A DNA stretch of 64,000 nucleotides from a virus. Below are positions 53,937 to 63,589 of the stretch, piece after piece; the first letter of the stretch is position 1, and the number at the start of each line of letters is the position of its first letter. The DNA lies in the IMG/VR virus record IMGVR_UViG_3300025093_000002, positions 28,089-92,088 of that record; one strand, given 5' to 3'. The notes under the pieces are model-generated. The model had not been told where the DNA came from. It ran no database searches and worked only from the letters and a program-made list of their open reading frames with translations. The position numbers and the translations under genes were made by a program.

Positions 53937-54311
53937 TTAACGAGCGCCCTGCCCGCTTCGACCAGCGTCCAATGCGCTAAGCCGCGCCAGAAGGACCGCG
54001 TTGGCTTGTTGGGCGACGAATAATTCGTGTTTGGCACGGGCCAATCCTTCCTCGTTGTGACGCTCGACCGCCTCGCGGATGGCGTCTGCAATGTCTGCCG
54101 GGACGCGCTTCACCTTCTTCCAGCGAAGCCGCTCGATAGTGGTTGCCGACAGCTTCGCCGCACGAGCTGCCCGCATGATTTGCTCCTTTGCGGAGCCGTT
54201 CCCACCAAGAAACCGGACGGCCGTAGCCATCTCGTCTTGGATTAGTTGAGCCCTAAGCATTTCCGCCTCGCGCCGTGACTTTTCCGGCTTGCGCCGTGGG
54301 TTTGTCGCCAT
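53937..54311 (-). CDS. CII-like/HTH regulator
   Basis: AARAAKLSATTIERLRW; same slot as 3228-3623. Confidence 0.45.
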   Translation of the reverse strand: MATNPRRKPEKSRREAEMLRAQLIQDEMATAVRFLGGNGSAKEQIMRAARAAKLSATTIERLRWKKVKRVPADIADAIREAVERHNEEGLARAKHELFVAQQANAVLLARLSALDAGRSGQGAR

Positions 54312-54654
54312 CTGGAATCCCTGCCGTGTTCAATTGCTCCTGCAACGCAAGAGCAACCACGGAAGGAAATGACGTGACTGCCTTCGGACGAGACGCGCGA
54401 GACCTGCCTGCAAGCGATGACGCGCGCCGTTCCGGTGAAATGGCTGCCGGGTGCCTTCAAACGCCGGCTGTAATTCTGGACTGGCATTACGCCGCCAGCC
54501 CCTTTGCGACTGAATTGCTCGCGTCTCGCCGCGCCGAGCATGGGGAGAGCGAAGCCGATGAGTTCCCCGAGTGGCTTTGCTCTCCCCGTCCTGCCCAGGT
54601 TCGCGGCTGGGAGGCCGCAAACTGCAATAGGCGTCTGTGGGTGGTGCGCTGATG

Positions 54655-55377
54655 TCATGCCGCCACCACCCTGTCGCGCTCGATGAAAGCCGCGACCAAC
54701 TCCGACGCTACTCGGGGGTCGATGGCGTTCCCATACCCGCGCATTCGTCCCACTCGGTCGGGAAGCCCATGAGCCACGCGACCCAAGGCGGGTTCGGAGG
54801 GCCACCGAGTTGCGTACTCAGCGATGTCCCGCCTTGCGGGAATTTCGACTTCCTCCAGCCCGTTTCGCTCGCCAGCGGCGTAGGAAACAAACCAGAGTCG
54901 TTCTCTCTTATGCTTGGCGCGGACACTGCTAGCCGGGGCAATGAGCGCTGCGCAGGCGTAGTCACACGACTCCAGGTCTCCGGCCACAATGTCCCACCAG
55001 CCTCGACCCGCCGCTGTTGGAACCTGTTCGCCCATGACGACTGCAGGCCGGCACTCTCGGATGAGTTCGAACCAAGCTGGCCACAAATGCTTATCGGAAG
55101 CCTCGCCTTCAGACCTGCCGGCTTTGCTCCATGGCTGACATGGGCAACTCCCTGTCCAGACGGGACGTTCGTCTCGCCACCCAGCCAGTCGAAGAGCGTA
55201 GGACCATCCACCGATGCCCGCGAAGAAATGGCATTGCGTGTAGCCTCTGAGGTCATCTGGTCGGACATCGACAATGCTCCGCTCGTCTACGTCGCCTGGC
55301 GCGATATGGCCGGCGCTGATGAGATTGCGCAGCCATTGCGCAGCGAATGGGTCGAGCTCGTTGTAGTAAGCGGCCAT
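54655..55377 (-). CDS. C5 cytosine methyltransferase, alpha chain
   Basis: FFAGIGG, SCPCQP, GEQV, RERLW and YGNAI motifs. Confidence 0.88.
   Translation of the reverse strand: MAAYYNELDPFAAQWLRNLISAGHIAPGDVDERSIVDVRPDDLRGYTQCHFFAGIGGWSYALRLAGWRDERPVWTGSCPCQPWSKAGRSEGEASDKHLWPAWFELIRECRPAVVMGEQVPTAAGRGWWDIVAGDLESCDYACAALIAPASSVRAKHKRERLWFVSYAAGERNGLEEVEIPARRDIAEYATRWPSEPALGRVAHGLPDRVGRMRGYGNAIDPRVASELVAAFIERDRVVAA
54708..55274 (-). CDS. Nested alternative-frame methyltransferase beta chain (true start uncertain)
   Basis: LFPTPLAS...NPPWVAWLMGFPTEW, motif IX-like. Confidence 0.65.
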   Translation of the reverse strand: MSMSDQMTSEATRNAISSRASVDGPTLFDWLGGETNVPSGQGVAHVSHGAKPAGLKARLPISICGQLGSNSSESAGLQSSWANRFQQRRVEAGGTLWPETWSRVTTPAQRSLPRLAVSAPSIRENDSGLFPTPLASETGWRKSKFPQGGTSLSTQLGGPPNPPWVAWLMGFPTEWDECAGMGTPSTPE

Positions 55378-55380
55378 GGC

Positions 55381-55629
55381 TCAGACAGCCCCCGCCCTAC
55401 GCGCCACGTCTTCAGGGCTGCGCATGGTGCAGCGGACGGCGTGGTATTCATCGCCGCTGAGTTCTATGTAGCCGGGACGCGCGCTCTGACGGGGCTCGCT
55501 GAACATGCCCTTCCAGACAGTGCCCGCGCAGAAACCGGCATTGAACAGAAGCCAGCCGCCAATGAGCGCCATGCCGAGGACTTCGTAGCCAGTGAAAGAG
55601 CCGTTGAGGTAGGTGGTGATGGTTTCCAT
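55381..55629 (-). CDS. Small membrane protein
   Basis: C-terminus shared with 4612-4830. Confidence 0.6.
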   Translation of the reverse strand: METITTYLNGSFTGYEVLGMALIGGWLLFNAGFCAGTVWKGMFSEPRQSARPGYIELSGDEYHAVRCTMRSPEDVARRAGAV

Positions 55630-55632
55630 GGC

Positions 55633-55812
55633 CTATGCGTCCAGGTTGCGAACTGCGTCGAAGCGCTCGTCAGCCAGAACCTTCGCCATCGCCTCAACAG
55701 CGGCGTTGCGGTGGTCCTGCATGTAATGGCGCAGATGGGTGCCGAGCGGCCTGAGAACGTCGTTCAGAGCCTCTTCGGCGCGCTTGGCGCGGCTGATGCG
55801 TTCGTCGCTCAT
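55633..55812 (-). CDS. Hypothetical phage protein
   Basis: MSDER start; GGAG RBS. Confidence 0.5.
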   Translation of the reverse strand: MSDERISRAKRAEEALNDVLRPLGTHLRHYMQDHRNAAVEAMAKVLADERFDAVRNLDA

Positions 55813-56231
55813 AGCGTGGCTCCGTGAAGGCGGGTCGCGGCATGGGCTTGAGAGGGGTTTGCGTAGGAAACTGCCCGCCAAGCCGCTGGCGATGGAGTGT
55901 GTCGGCAGTCAAAAGAGCGCGTCGCGGGACGCCCATCGCTATTGGTCGCCGTGCGGGCTTTCCGTTTCAGTTGCCCTGCCAAGAACAAGTTGAGGTTTTT
56001 GATAGGCTCACTGGCCGCACGGCTGGCCAAGGAAGAACAGTGAGCAGGGAAGAACGCGCGGGTGCGCTCCTTGGCGATGTGAAAGGGTGCTGGCCGAGCC
56101 GGGAGGACAACCCGGCCAGCGTCGTCGTCGGCTTGGGAGGAAGCGACGGACGATTGCTGAATAAAGGCACCAGCATTTGCGCTGGTGAGGTGGCGGCGGT
56201 TGCCGCTGGGAGGAGGAGTGTGCGGGGCCAT

Positions 56232-56534
56232 TTATTTGGCCTCCGAGATTTCTGCGAGAATGGCGTCGGAAATAGCCTTGCGACGTTGACGCCACAGGCC
56301 AACATTGCCCTTGCGGTGCATCAGGGGTGGATGCGCTATCTCAGCCGCGCGCTTCATGCCTTCTGCGAAACCGGTGAAATGGGCATTCGCCAAATCAGTA
56401 GCCATAATGTCTACGAGACGGTCGTAATCCTTCATCGTCCTAAAGACGGCGGTGCTTCGGGAAATGGCGAGACGAGCATCGTCGCGAAATTCACGGTACG
56501 CTTCCGCCCTGTCTTTGATTGGGGTGCCGGTCAT
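56232..56534 (-). CDS. Hypothetical phage protein
   Basis: Homologous to 5535-5831. Confidence 0.6.
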   Translation of the reverse strand: MTGTPIKDRAEAYREFRDDARLAISRSTAVFRTMKDYDRLVDIMATDLANAHFTGFAEGMKRAAEIAHPPLMHRKGNVGLWRQRRKAISDAILAEISEAK

Positions 56535-56881
56535 GCGCCGTCCCTCTCTTGGGAGGTGGGGGTGTGAGACGGTGGGCTGGGGAGAGGCATCCAGTGCGTT
56601 GGGTTCGCAGCTTCCTCGAACTCACTCCCGACGCGGAACCACCAGTCGGGCCAGGTCAGCGTCTTTCCGGACCATTCGTCGTAGTCGCTGTCAGACCCAC
56701 CCCAGACGAGAACATGTGCGCCGTCCTGAACCCTCCCCAGAGCCTCAACCCAGCATCCGTAGTCGGTAAGACGGTCAGACTGTTCGTCGTGGTACGGGTT
56801 TGCCTCGTGAACGCACCATCCAACGATATGCGTCCCATCCTTCGGCGCTGTCTCAATCGGCTGCCAGTCGTGCGCGCTCAT
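56531..56881 (-). CDS. DUF551-like protein
   Basis: WQPIETAPKDG...PTHWMPLP. Confidence 0.75.
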   Translation of the reverse strand: MSAHDWQPIETAPKDGTHIVGWCVHEANPYHDEQSDRLTDYGCWVEALGRVQDGAHVLVWGGSDSDYDEWSGKTLTWPDWWFRVGSEFEEAANPTHWMPLPSPPSHTPTSQERDGA

Positions 56882-56915
56882 TGGTTTGCTCCAGTAGTGG
56901 TGGGGAGGGAAATGC

Positions 56916-57701
56916 TCATGCGGCGTCCTCTCCAAAAAGGGGCTCTTGAACGGGATGCTTGACCGGGGGCGCGACGAACATGTCGGGCTGCGCATAGGCT
57001 TTGCGGATGCGTTCGCAGGCGATTTCGAAGTATCTCTCGTCAATCTCGATGCCGATGAAGCTGCGGCCTGTCTTCGCGCACGCCACGCCTGTCGACCCGC
57101 TGCCCATGAAGGGGTCAAGGATCGTTCCCGGCACCTTCCTGCAGAGGTTCTTCATCAAGTCGACGGGCTTCTCAGTCGGGTGAAGGCGACCGTTCTTCGC
57201 CATGCTCTGGACCGGGGGGCAGTAGAGAACGGAGCCGCTGTCCCGCGTCCCAATGAAGCCCTTACCCAGCACGTAGATTTCTTCGTGGTCTGGCTTCCAC
57301 GGGAGAGAGAGGTCGCCCATCCCAAGAGCGCCGCCCTTGTTCCATATGAGAACCATCTTGGTCCCCTTTGGACGGTTCACCTTCCACGATCCAAACAACA
57401 GAATGGGGATATTGCCTGCCGCCCAAGCAACTACGGCATCGCGCGACATGAGGTTTTCGTCGGAATTGATCGTTCGCGCTGCACCCCAAAGTGCGTCAGT
57501 CGCATAGCCGCTTTTGTACGCAATTCCATAAGGGGGGTCGCTTACAACGCTGCCAACAATCTGACCGCCTTGAAAGTGGCGCTCGGTCATTTCGGCATAG
57601 GCATCAAGGGCTCGGAGTGTCGGCAGCACATCAAGGCAATCGCCCAGAATGAGCCTGCAATCGCCTATCGTGACCTCGCGCTTGATGGGGTTGGCGCTCA
57701 T
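56916..57701 (-). CDS. N6-adenine/N4-cytosine DNA methyltransferase (beta class)
   Basis: DPPY, HPTEKP and LDPFMGSGSTG. Confidence 0.9.
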   Translation of the reverse strand: MSANPIKREVTIGDCRLILGDCLDVLPTLRALDAYAEMTERHFQGGQIVGSVVSDPPYGIAYKSGYATDALWGAARTINSDENLMSRDAVVAWAAGNIPILLFGSWKVNRPKGTKMVLIWNKGGALGMGDLSLPWKPDHEEIYVLGKGFIGTRDSGSVLYCPPVQSMAKNGRLHPTEKPVDLMKNLCRKVPGTILDPFMGSGSTGVACAKTGRSFIGIEIDERYFEIACERIRKAYAQPDMFVAPPVKHPVQEPLFGEDAA

Positions 57702-58078
57702 GCTGCGGCTTCCCCTTGGCGTGTTGCGCGGGCGATGTATCGCGGAGACGCCGCCGTATCGGATGGGTCTGGGATCGCACCGAAGGCGCTGGCTACGTCT
57801 TCGCCAGCCTTGACACGCTCGATGCGGGCCATGAGGTCGGGCGTCGGGAAGAACCACTCGCTATGACTGCGAGAGTCCGCATATTTCCGATGCAGGAAGC
57901 GCTCAAGCTGGTGAGTGCCCTCGCCTTCTGCGATCAGTTCCAACGGGAATGGCGACCACTGCGAGACGGCATTCAACCGATCTTCTGGAAACGACGAGCA
58001 GCCAATCTTGATTGGGCTCATCATGCCGCGAGGGCGCATGAAATAGACGACCTTGAACCTGTCTGCCCATTCGCTCAT
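57698..58078 (-). CDS. GIY-YIG/T5orf172-like protein
   Basis: VYF...IKIGCS..PE.R...E..LH......SEWF. Confidence 0.7.
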   Translation of the reverse strand: MSEWADRFKVVYFMRPRGMMSPIKIGCSSFPEDRLNAVSQWSPFPLELIAEGEGTHQLERFLHRKYADSRSHSEWFFPTPDLMARIERVKAGEDVASAFGAIPDPSDTAASPRYIARATRQGEAAA

Positions 58079-58305
58079 GACGCCACCTTCTGGTCGTCGC
58101 CCGCGCGGTGTTCGCGCTGCTGCTCAAGCCAGTCGTTGAACTTCACCTTCCCGCCCGTAGCCGCTTCGATGGCCGCGATGATTTCCGGCTTCGGAAAGCG
58201 GTCGTTGTTGAGGTATCGGTGCATTGCGGGCTGGCTAACGCCGACTTTTTCAGCGAATGCCGTGGCCGTAATCTTCCGGGCGGTGAGGAAATCAATGAGC
58301 TTCAT
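58075..58305 (-). CDS. cro: Cro-like repressor (prophage B)
   Basis: FAEKVGVSQPAMHRY...IEAATGGKV. Confidence 0.85.
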   Translation of the reverse strand: MKLIDFLTARKITATAFAEKVGVSQPAMHRYLNNDRFPKPEIIAAIEAATGGKVKFNDWLEQQREHRAGDDQKVAS

Positions 58306-58309
58306 AACC

Positions 58310-58365
58310 GCCATCATACCGATTTGGTATCGACGTTCAAGCGCTAATTTATACCGTTATGGTTT
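58310..58365. promoter_or_regulatory. OR-like operators of B and cro promoter
   Basis: ATACC-N5-GGTAT at 58316-58330, variant at 58351-58365; minus-strand TTGAAC-16-TATGAT. Confidence 0.75.
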
Positions 58366-58401
58366 TTGTGCGCTGCGGGCCGTGGAATTATGATCCCGGA
58401 C

Positions 58402-59046
58402 ATGAACCAGCTACGGGTATTGCGCGAGAAAGCGGGACTGTCGCAGTCGGCCTTGGCCGAGCGCGCCGGCACGTCTCAACCGCAAATCCGTCGCCTGGAA
58501 GCCAGCCAGCGAAAATTAACCAAGCAGTGGGCCGAACGGTTAGCGCCTCATTTACAGGCCAGCGCCCAAGACCTACTCTTCTCGGATTCTGAAGGGACGA
58601 CACGAGAGGTTATCGGCCTGCCCGTTCTCGGCAAGAGCAGGGCGGGCGACTGGCTGGATATTTCGATTATGGATGATTGGCACGAGCCGGAAGTAATTCA
58701 CGTCGCGCGCGATCCTCGTTACCCGCACGCAAAGCAGTATGCTCTCAGGGCCGAGGGCGATTCCATGTCGGAGCTTTTCCCGGATGGATGCTATGTGACG
58801 GTCGTCAATTTTGCCGAGAGCGGTTTGGGCTTTCGACCTGGCATGGTCGTCCATGTCGAGCAGCGAATGGGCGGCACCTCGCTCGTCGAGACGACCATCA
58901 AGCAAATCAGCGACGACCTGAAATGGCTCCTGCCCCGGAGCAAAAACCCCGTTCACAAGCCTTTGCCGATCGAAGGCAGTGCCGCGACCGAAATTGAGGT
59001 CAAAGGCATCGTGACGGGCAAGTGGGAACCAATCAGTTTCGATTGA
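58402..59046 (+). CDS. cI: CI-like repressor, HTH plus S24 (prophage B)
   Basis: LSQSALAERAGTSQPQIRRLE; EGDSM; TIKQ. Confidence 0.9.
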   Translation: MNQLRVLREKAGLSQSALAERAGTSQPQIRRLEASQRKLTKQWAERLAPHLQASAQDLLFSDSEGTTREVIGLPVLGKSRAGDWLDISIMDDWHEPEVIHVARDPRYPHAKQYALRAEGDSMSELFPDGCYVTVVNFAESGLGFRPGMVVHVEQRMGGTSLVETTIKQISDDLKWLLPRSKNPVHKPLPIEGSAATEIEVKGIVTGKWEPISFD

Positions 59047-59172
59047 ACGGCTAGAGATACAACCTTCTATCTCAGAGCCACTACACCTAAGAGCTAAACC
59101 TTTTAGGAATTTGCCTTTACCTATTCGGCGGCAACATCTTGCCGGGGTAGGTATGCAACATCTTGCCGGGGT
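59047..59172. repeat. Iteron-like repeats plus AT-rich tract (putative ori B)
   Basis: GCAACATCTTGCCGGGGT at 59131-59148 and 59155-59172. Confidence 0.65.
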
Positions 59173-59525
59173 CACATAAACGGGGCGTGCAGGAAGTAGC
59201 AGCTTTGCTTCCCCGGTTCTTCGACAACGATTAGCACGTTTCGGGCTCGCAGCTCGGCAATTCCATAGCGAACGGTTCGCACGTTCTTGCCCATGCGATC
59301 CGCAATCCCCTTCACTGAATACCAGCAGCATTTGTCCTCGCCGTTCATCCGGCGTGACAGCCAGTAGCCGACGCGAAAAGCGCGGTCGCTGAGGTCTGGC
59401 ATGGTCACCAGATACTCAGCCCACTTCCTCCGATTTTCATAGAAGGCGGCGGCGTCATCGCCGTTGTCGTTCGCTTGCCGAATCGCTGGCAGGATTTTCG
59501 GTCGAAAAGATTTTTTTGCGCTCAT
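59172..59525 (-). CDS. Winged-HTH protein resembling an initiator N-terminus
   Basis: LSDRAFRV...CWYSVKGIADRMGKNVRTVRYGIAEL. Confidence 0.75.
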   Translation of the reverse strand: MSAKKSFRPKILPAIRQANDNGDDAAAFYENRRKWAEYLVTMPDLSDRAFRVGYWLSRRMNGEDKCCWYSVKGIADRMGKNVRTVRYGIAELRARNVLIVVEEPGKQSCYFLHAPFM

Positions 59526-59535
59526 GCCCTCATCT

Positions 59536-59577
59536 ATACCGATTTGGTATTGACGCGCAATGCCAAGATGGTATGTT
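59536..59577 (+). promoter_or_regulatory. OL-like operators and pL-like promoter of B
   Basis: ATACCGATTTGGTAT at 59536-59550, ATGCCAAGATGGTAT at 59560-59574; TTGACG-16-TATGTT. Confidence 0.75.
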
Positions 59578-59640
59578 CGTTCTCACACCCCCGGTGCAGA
59601 CGGTTCGCCTGAGCCCGCACCACAAACCGGAGACGAGACG

Positions 59641-59988
59641 ATGGCAATCAGCCCGAATGGATACACCGACGATTTCGGTCCGAACGTTTCGGCCATCCTC
59701 GTTGGCGGCACCCGCGTCATTCGTGGCCCCATCCCGGCGCGGGTTCGCAAGGAACTCGCTGCGGCTGTGAAAGCTGGCGTTCTTGGCCGCCTCGCGAAGG
59801 ACGGCCTCAAGCCGGAAATCTTCTTCCACCCGAGCCACAAGAATGGGGCCATCGAGCGCCAGAAGAGCGAGGCACTTTATGCGGCAAAGTGCATCGCCGG
59901 CGTCGTCGCCAGCCCCGCCGATGTGCGCGCTGGCATCGAGGCTCAGGGCGGGGATGTCCTCGCCTATGCCCTTAACGAGCGCGCCTAA
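59641..59988 (+). CDS. Hypothetical early protein
   Basis: GGAG RBS; first ORF after pL. Confidence 0.65.
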   Translation: MAISPNGYTDDFGPNVSAILVGGTRVIRGPIPARVRKELAAAVKAGVLGRLAKDGLKPEIFFHPSHKNGAIERQKSEALYAAKCIAGVVASPADVRAGIEAQGGDVLAYALNERA

Positions 59989-60032
59989 CCCTCCCCCACC
60001 CCATCCGATAGCCCGCAGACAGGAGACGAGAC

Positions 60033-60212
60033 ATGAGCCAGGAAGTGAAGCATACGCCGGTTACCCGCGAGGATGCCATCCGCTTTCTGGAAGGCGCATG
60101 CCGCAACTGGTCGAACGTCCCGCCTCTTTCCGAGGACGATATTGGCGACGTTGCCTCCGAGCTTTTGCGCTTCGCCATCAAGCGCTCGCAAGCCTCATCG
60201 GGTGCCGCATGA
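60033..60212 (+). CDS. Small hypothetical protein
   Basis: AGGAG RBS. Confidence 0.5.
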   Translation: MSQEVKHTPVTREDAIRFLEGACRNWSNVPPLSEDDIGDVASELLRFAIKRSQASSGAA

Positions 60213-60520
60213 CTTCCCGCATCTTCGCCGCCGCTCTCGTTGCCATCCTGTTCGCAGGGGCAATCGAGACGCCCGCTCACAGCCAGACCAACGCAGTCGA
60301 GCGCGCTGGAATGATGGTGGTGATGGCTACCGTCTGTGATCACGCCGTCCCTGACGATGTGTTCATGCCGGAACTGGTTGCCGTTGCAGTCGAGAACGAA
60401 ACCGACGTGACGACGGCGCGCAACCTTGTTCGGGCTCAAGCCCAACTCTTCGCCCGTCGCCTGCTGGACAACGACACGGTGGCCAGCTTCTGCGCCGAAA
60501 CGCAGCGCATCAAGTTCTAG
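60209..60520 (+). CDS. Exported hypothetical protein
   Basis: Signal peptide; two Cys residues. Confidence 0.55.
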   Translation: MTSRIFAAALVAILFAGAIETPAHSQTNAVERAGMMVVMATVCDHAVPDDVFMPELVAVAVENETDVTTARNLVRAQAQLFARRLLDNDTVASFCAETQRIKF

Positions 60521-60530
60521 GAGAACCGAC

Positions 60531-60842
60531 ATGGGACGTGCAGTTCATGACTTTCCCACCGCTCTGGACGTGCAGCAATACGTCCTCACCGGGCGCGACC
60601 TTGAGACGGTTGTCTCGACCTCGTGGGATGAAATCGACCGCAACATTCGCAGCGCTGATTTCGGCGACGGGCCGGGGCCGTTCACGGTGGTCGAGTTCAA
60701 CGTCGTGGAGGGCTGGGCGCGCGATGTGAGCGACGAGTTCGAGCCTGTCGAGGAAGACGAACAGACGATTTACAACGCGCTGCACGACCGTCTCTCCAGC
60801 CAAGCCGACGCTGATTACCAGGCGCGGAAGGAGGCGTTCTGA
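60531..60842 (+). CDS. Acidic hypothetical protein
   Basis: AGGAG RBS. Confidence 0.6.
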   Translation: MGRAVHDFPTALDVQQYVLTGRDLETVVSTSWDEIDRNIRSADFGDGPGPFTVVEFNVVEGWARDVSDEFEPVEEDEQTIYNALHDRLSSQADADYQARKEAF

Positions 60843-61105
60843 TGGCGACCGACCAGCAATACCCAAGCCGGTTAGCCGAGCGGTTCCAGGTTCGCCTGTC
60901 AGACGGCCTGCGGGACCGGATACGAGACGCAGCGAAGCATTCCGGCCGCTCGATGAATTCTGAAATCCTGCACCGTTTGGAAACGTCGTTCGACCCGGCT
61001 CTTGAGTTGGCGCCGGCTATCACGAGCTTCTTGGAGCAGAGGATTGAGCAGGAAGTCAATGCTCGACTGCGCGAAATTGCGTCGAAGATTGGCGGCGCGT
61101 CATGA
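60842..61105 (+). CDS. Arc-family ribbon-helix-helix protein
   Basis: RFQVRLSDGLRDRI...RSMNSEILHRL. Confidence 0.85.
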   Translation: MATDQQYPSRLAERFQVRLSDGLRDRIRDAAKHSGRSMNSEILHRLETSFDPALELAPAITSFLEQRIEQEVNARLREIASKIGGAS

Positions 61106-61311
61106 GCCCGCTGGACGCTTACGAGTTCGCCAACATCGAAGCCAGCCGCATTGAACGCGAGACGTGGGAACTTCCCGCTGCTGTTCGCGCTCGCTTTGCC
61201 GGCCATGCCTTGAGCGTTGGCTGTGCTGATGTCGCCCGCGAATTCCTCACCGAACCCGAGGTTGTGCGCATCGTCGCTGAGGCCAGCAATCAGATGGAGA
61301 AGGCAGCATGA
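61102..61311 (+). CDS. Hypothetical phage protein
   Basis: Near-identical to 10783-10989. Confidence 0.65.
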   Translation: MSPLDAYEFANIEASRIERETWELPAAVRARFAGHALSVGCADVAREFLTEPEVVRIVAEASNQMEKAA

Positions 61312-61508
61312 GCGCCGAATTGAACGGGCATCACATCCGCTGCGACCGATGCGGCGGGCATGGAATGATTACCTCTTGGCAATTTGGCGTCAAGGAGCCC
61401 GACGAATGCCCAGACTGCGGCGGGAGTGGGAAGCTCTGGCGCTATAGCAAGGGTGCAATTGCGTCCTACTACGGCGGGCCGCTGCTTGGTCGCGAGGCTC
61501 AGCGATGA
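61308..61508 (+). CDS. Small zinc-finger protein
   Basis: CDRCGGHG and CPDCGGSG. Confidence 0.6.
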   Translation: MSAELNGHHIRCDRCGGHGMITSWQFGVKEPDECPDCGGSGKLWRYSKGAIASYYGGPLLGREAQR

Positions 61509-61695
61509 ACGCTCACCACCGTTTCCCCATTCCCGGCGAACAGCTCGTCTCGGAAGCAAGGCAAGCCCACACAGACGGACATGCCGAATACCGCGCCCGC
61601 CGATTGGTGCGTGAGCTGCGGAAGCTCTTCGGCGATGGCGGCACCCGCGAACTGCTCGAACGCCTTCAAGACGACATGGACGAAAGGGTGGGACG

Positions 61696-62217
61696 ATGAA
61701 CGATGCCAGCCACACCCTGCGTCGTGAAACTGAGGCCGCGCGCCGTCTGCTATCGCATCTCCGCGACCAAGGCGTGGACGACGACGCAGAACTCGCAGCC
61801 GACGCAATCGAAGGCGAAACCAATCTACACGAAGCCATCGCCGCCGTCATCGAACAGATTGACGAGTGCGAGGTCCACGAAATCGGCCTGAAGGCGAAGG
61901 AAGAGGCGTTTGCTGACCGTCGCGCGGCCATCACGGCGCGCAAGGAGCGCCTGTCAGCGGCAATCGAACAAGCCTTGATAGCTGCCGAGCAGGACAAGGT
62001 GATGCTGCCGACCGCCACCGTCTTCATTTCAAAGCGCAAGGCCAAGCTCATCGTCCAGAACGAAGCGGACATCCCGTCCGAGTTCTTCGCGGAGCAAGAG
62101 CGCCCTGCACCCAAACTCGACAAGCGCGCCCTCACCGCCGCCCTGACCGATGGGCGCGAGGTTCCTGGCGCGATCCTCGACAACGGCACTGTTTCATTGA
62201 CCATAAGGAGGAAGTGA
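61696..62217 (+). CDS. Gp157-like protein
   Basis: EGETNL...LPTATV...VPGAILDNG. Confidence 0.75.
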   Translation: MNDASHTLRRETEAARRLLSHLRDQGVDDDAELAADAIEGETNLHEAIAAVIEQIDECEVHEIGLKAKEEAFADRRAAITARKERLSAAIEQALIAAEQDKVMLPTATVFISKRKAKLIVQNEADIPSEFFAEQERPAPKLDKRALTAALTDGREVPGAILDNGTVSLTIRRK

Positions 62218-63170
62218 TGAACGCCATCGCTCACCGTTCGCTGACCCCGCGCCAGATCGCGCTTATCAAGCACACCGTCGCCAAGGATACCAACGACGAC
62301 GAGTTCAACCTGTTCGTTGAAGTCGCCCGCGCCAAGGGTCTGGACCCGTTCCTGGGTCAGATTATCCCGATGGTGTTCAACAAGAACGCCAGGGACGAGT
62401 CCAAGCGCAAGCTGACCATCATCATCAGCCGTGACGGACAGCGTGTCATTGCGCAGCGCTGCGGCGACTATCGCCCCGCGAACAAGCCGCCCGTCTACGA
62501 AACGGATACGGAGTTGAAAAGCCCGCTCAACCCGCAGGGCATCGTGTCCGCGACGGTCATGCTGTGGAAGCAGGACCAGAAGAGCGGTGAATGGTTTGAG
62601 GTTGCCGGTCAGGCGTTCTGGGAAGAGTTCGCCCCAATCAAGGACGAATGGGCCGAAAACGATGACGGCAAGCGTCGTCCGACCGGCAAGCAGACGTTGG
62701 ACACGTCAGGCAATTGGGCACGCATGCCCCGTCTAATGATAGCCAAGTGCGCAGAGATGCAGGCCCTTCGCGCCGGTTGGCCCGAGCAGTTCACCGGCCT
62801 TTACGACGAAGCCGAGATGGACCGCGCCAAGGTGCAGGACATGGCGGCGTCCGAGATTGTCGAACACGAGCGCACCGAAACCCGACTGAAGGCCATCGCC
62901 GGCAATGACGCCATCACCGTGACATGGGGCGACGGCTGGGCATTGGAAAACGTGCCGACCGGCCAGTTCATGGACCGCGCCCTTGAGTTCATCCGCGAAA
63001 GCGACGGCCTCACAGTGAAAAAGTGGGCAGATGCAAACCGCGCGGGGCTTCAGACCTTCTGGGCGCGTCACCCGGCCGATGCGCTCGACTTAAAGAAGCA
63101 AATCGAGAAGGCGAGCGCCAAGGTGGCTCCTGCCAAAGAACCCCAACTCATTCATGCAGGAGCAAACTGA
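62214..63170 (+). CDS. recT: RecT/Redbeta-family recombinase
   Basis: GLDPF...[20 protein letters not shown]...GLYDEAEM. Confidence 0.85.
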   Translation: MMNAIAHRSLTPRQIALIKHTVAKDTNDDEFNLFVEVARAKGLDPFLGQIIPMVFNKNARDESKRKLTIIISRDGQRVIAQRCGDYRPANKPPVYETDTELKSPLNPQGIVSATVMLWKQDQKSGEWFEVAGQAFWEEFAPIKDEWAENDDGKRRPTGKQTLDTSGNWARMPRLMIAKCAEMQALRAGWPEQFTGLYDEAEMDRAKVQDMAASEIVEHERTETRLKAIAGNDAITVTWGDGWALENVPTGQFMDRALEFIRESDGLTVKKWADANRAGLQTFWARHPADALDLKKQIEKASAKVAPAKEPQLIHAGAN

Positions 63171-63583
63171 TGTCAGGCAGCATCAACAAGGTCATTCTTG
63201 TGGGCCATCTTGGATCCGACCCAGAGGTTCGTCGTCTCAATGATGGTTCCCCCGTCGTCAACCTTCGCCTCGCCACGTCCGAAAGCTGGCGCGATAAGAA
63301 TTCAGGCGAGCGCAAAGAGAAGACCGAATGGCACCAGATTGTCATCTTCAACGAGGCGCTGGCCAAGGTCGCGGAGCAATACGCTCGCAAGGGCATGAAG
63401 GTCTACGTCGAAGGCTCCATCCAGACCCGCAAATGGGAGAAGGATGGCGTCGAGCGCTACACCACGGAAATCGTTCTGCAGAAGTTCCGGGGCGAACTCC
63501 AGATGCTTGACACGAAGGGTGAAGGCCAGCGCGACGACAACCGTTCGCCGGCACCCGCCGCTGACGACGAAATTCCCTGGTAG
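63170..63583 (+). CDS. ssb: Single-stranded DNA-binding protein
   Basis: [16 protein letters not shown]...TEWH; DDEIPW tail. Confidence 0.92.
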   Translation: MSGSINKVILVGHLGSDPEVRRLNDGSPVVNLRLATSESWRDKNSGERKEKTEWHQIVIFNEALAKVAEQYARKGMKVYVEGSIQTRKWEKDGVERYTTEIVLQKFRGELQMLDTKGEGQRDDNRSPAPAADDEIPW

Positions 63584-63589
63584 GTCGCC

